Below are positions 50,828 to 50,945 of a DNA stretch of 50,945 bases, one piece after another. The stretch lies in the IMG/VR virus record IMGVR_UViG_3300009314_000016. One strand, given 5' to 3'. Origin of the DNA: a virus. The position numbers and the translations under genes were made by a program. The stretch's first letter is position 1. Each line of letters starts with the position of its first letter. Below the pieces are notes generated by a model, which worked only from the letters and a program-made list of their open reading frames with translations, ran no database searches and had not been told where the DNA came from.

Positions 50828-50945
50828 TTATTAGACCGGTTTACTAAAAAACTGCGAGATCGTGAAAACGGGTGCGAACCCAACGACATTTTTGTTATAT
50901 ATGAAATATATGATAGAACCTTTACATAAATGGTGTTATAAATAA
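50827..50945. repeat. Terminal direct repeat copy 2 (identical to 1-119)
   Basis: Exact 119-nt identity with the start of the window. Confidence 0.95.

Noticed and set aside
1-50945. Genome-wide stop-codon reassignment (TAG or TAA read as sense)
   Set aside because: TAA, TAG and TGA all terminate well-supported genes and are directly followed by the SD and start of the next gene (for example TAG at 2176, 4015, 10046 and 12272). The 22-kb late arm has long uninterrupted ORFs, and no suppressor tRNA was seen. The in-frame stops are therefore treated as local lesions.
1-50945. Lysogeny module, tRNA genes, reverse transcriptase/DGR, cas or other known defence genes
   Set aside because: No integrase or recombinase motifs, CI/Cro pair, tRNA-like T-arm (GGTTCGA-type) sequences or RT motifs (YxDD) were recognised in any ORF or gap. 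This rests on inspection by eye only; tRNAscan-SE and profile searches would be decisive.

Overview
The first 119 nt are identical to the last 119 nt, so the window is one circularly closed genome (unique length 50,826 bp) of an AT-rich tailed dsDNA phage. Nearly every gene has a strong GGAGG-type Shine-Dalgarno site. Two leftward early/replication arms (18050->96 and 50326->40735) flank one rightward late arm (18217->40705). The leftward arms encode an SbcCD-like nuclease, FEN 5'-3' exonuclease, RecU-like nuclease, SF2 helicase, dUTPase, family A DNA polymerase, prim-pol/SF3 helicase, nucleotide kinase-like protein, ATP-dependent ligase, ClpX-like AAA+ ATPase and many small unknown ORFs. The late arm encodes terS, terL, portal, Mu-F/SPP1 gp7-like protein, a fused prohead protease-major capsid protein, connector and tail genes, G/GT chaperones with a -1 slip site, tape measure, a 1216-aa FN3 + beta-helix tail protein and a GH108 endolysin. 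Two cargo-like genes follow a terminator. I saw no integrase, repressor, tRNA, cas gene or reverse transcriptase. The main unexplained signals are: (1) a 488-bp mirror-symmetric modular element between terL and portal, with a perfect 64-bp inverted repeat, nested mirrored boxes and unrelated inserts of similar length; (2) five leftward promoters each preceded by 10-bp-phased A-tracts; (3) a ~0.5-kb non-coding origin-like region with a poly-T tract, AAAAGT boxes and TGTACCAC iterons; (4) frameshifts, in-frame stops and a 13-bp duplication clustered in early genes only, including a Rad50/SbcC-like ATPase encoded as three ORFs; (5) six Cys-rich micro-ORFs missed by the 60-aa ORF track. All functional calls rest on motif recognition by eye, not database searches.
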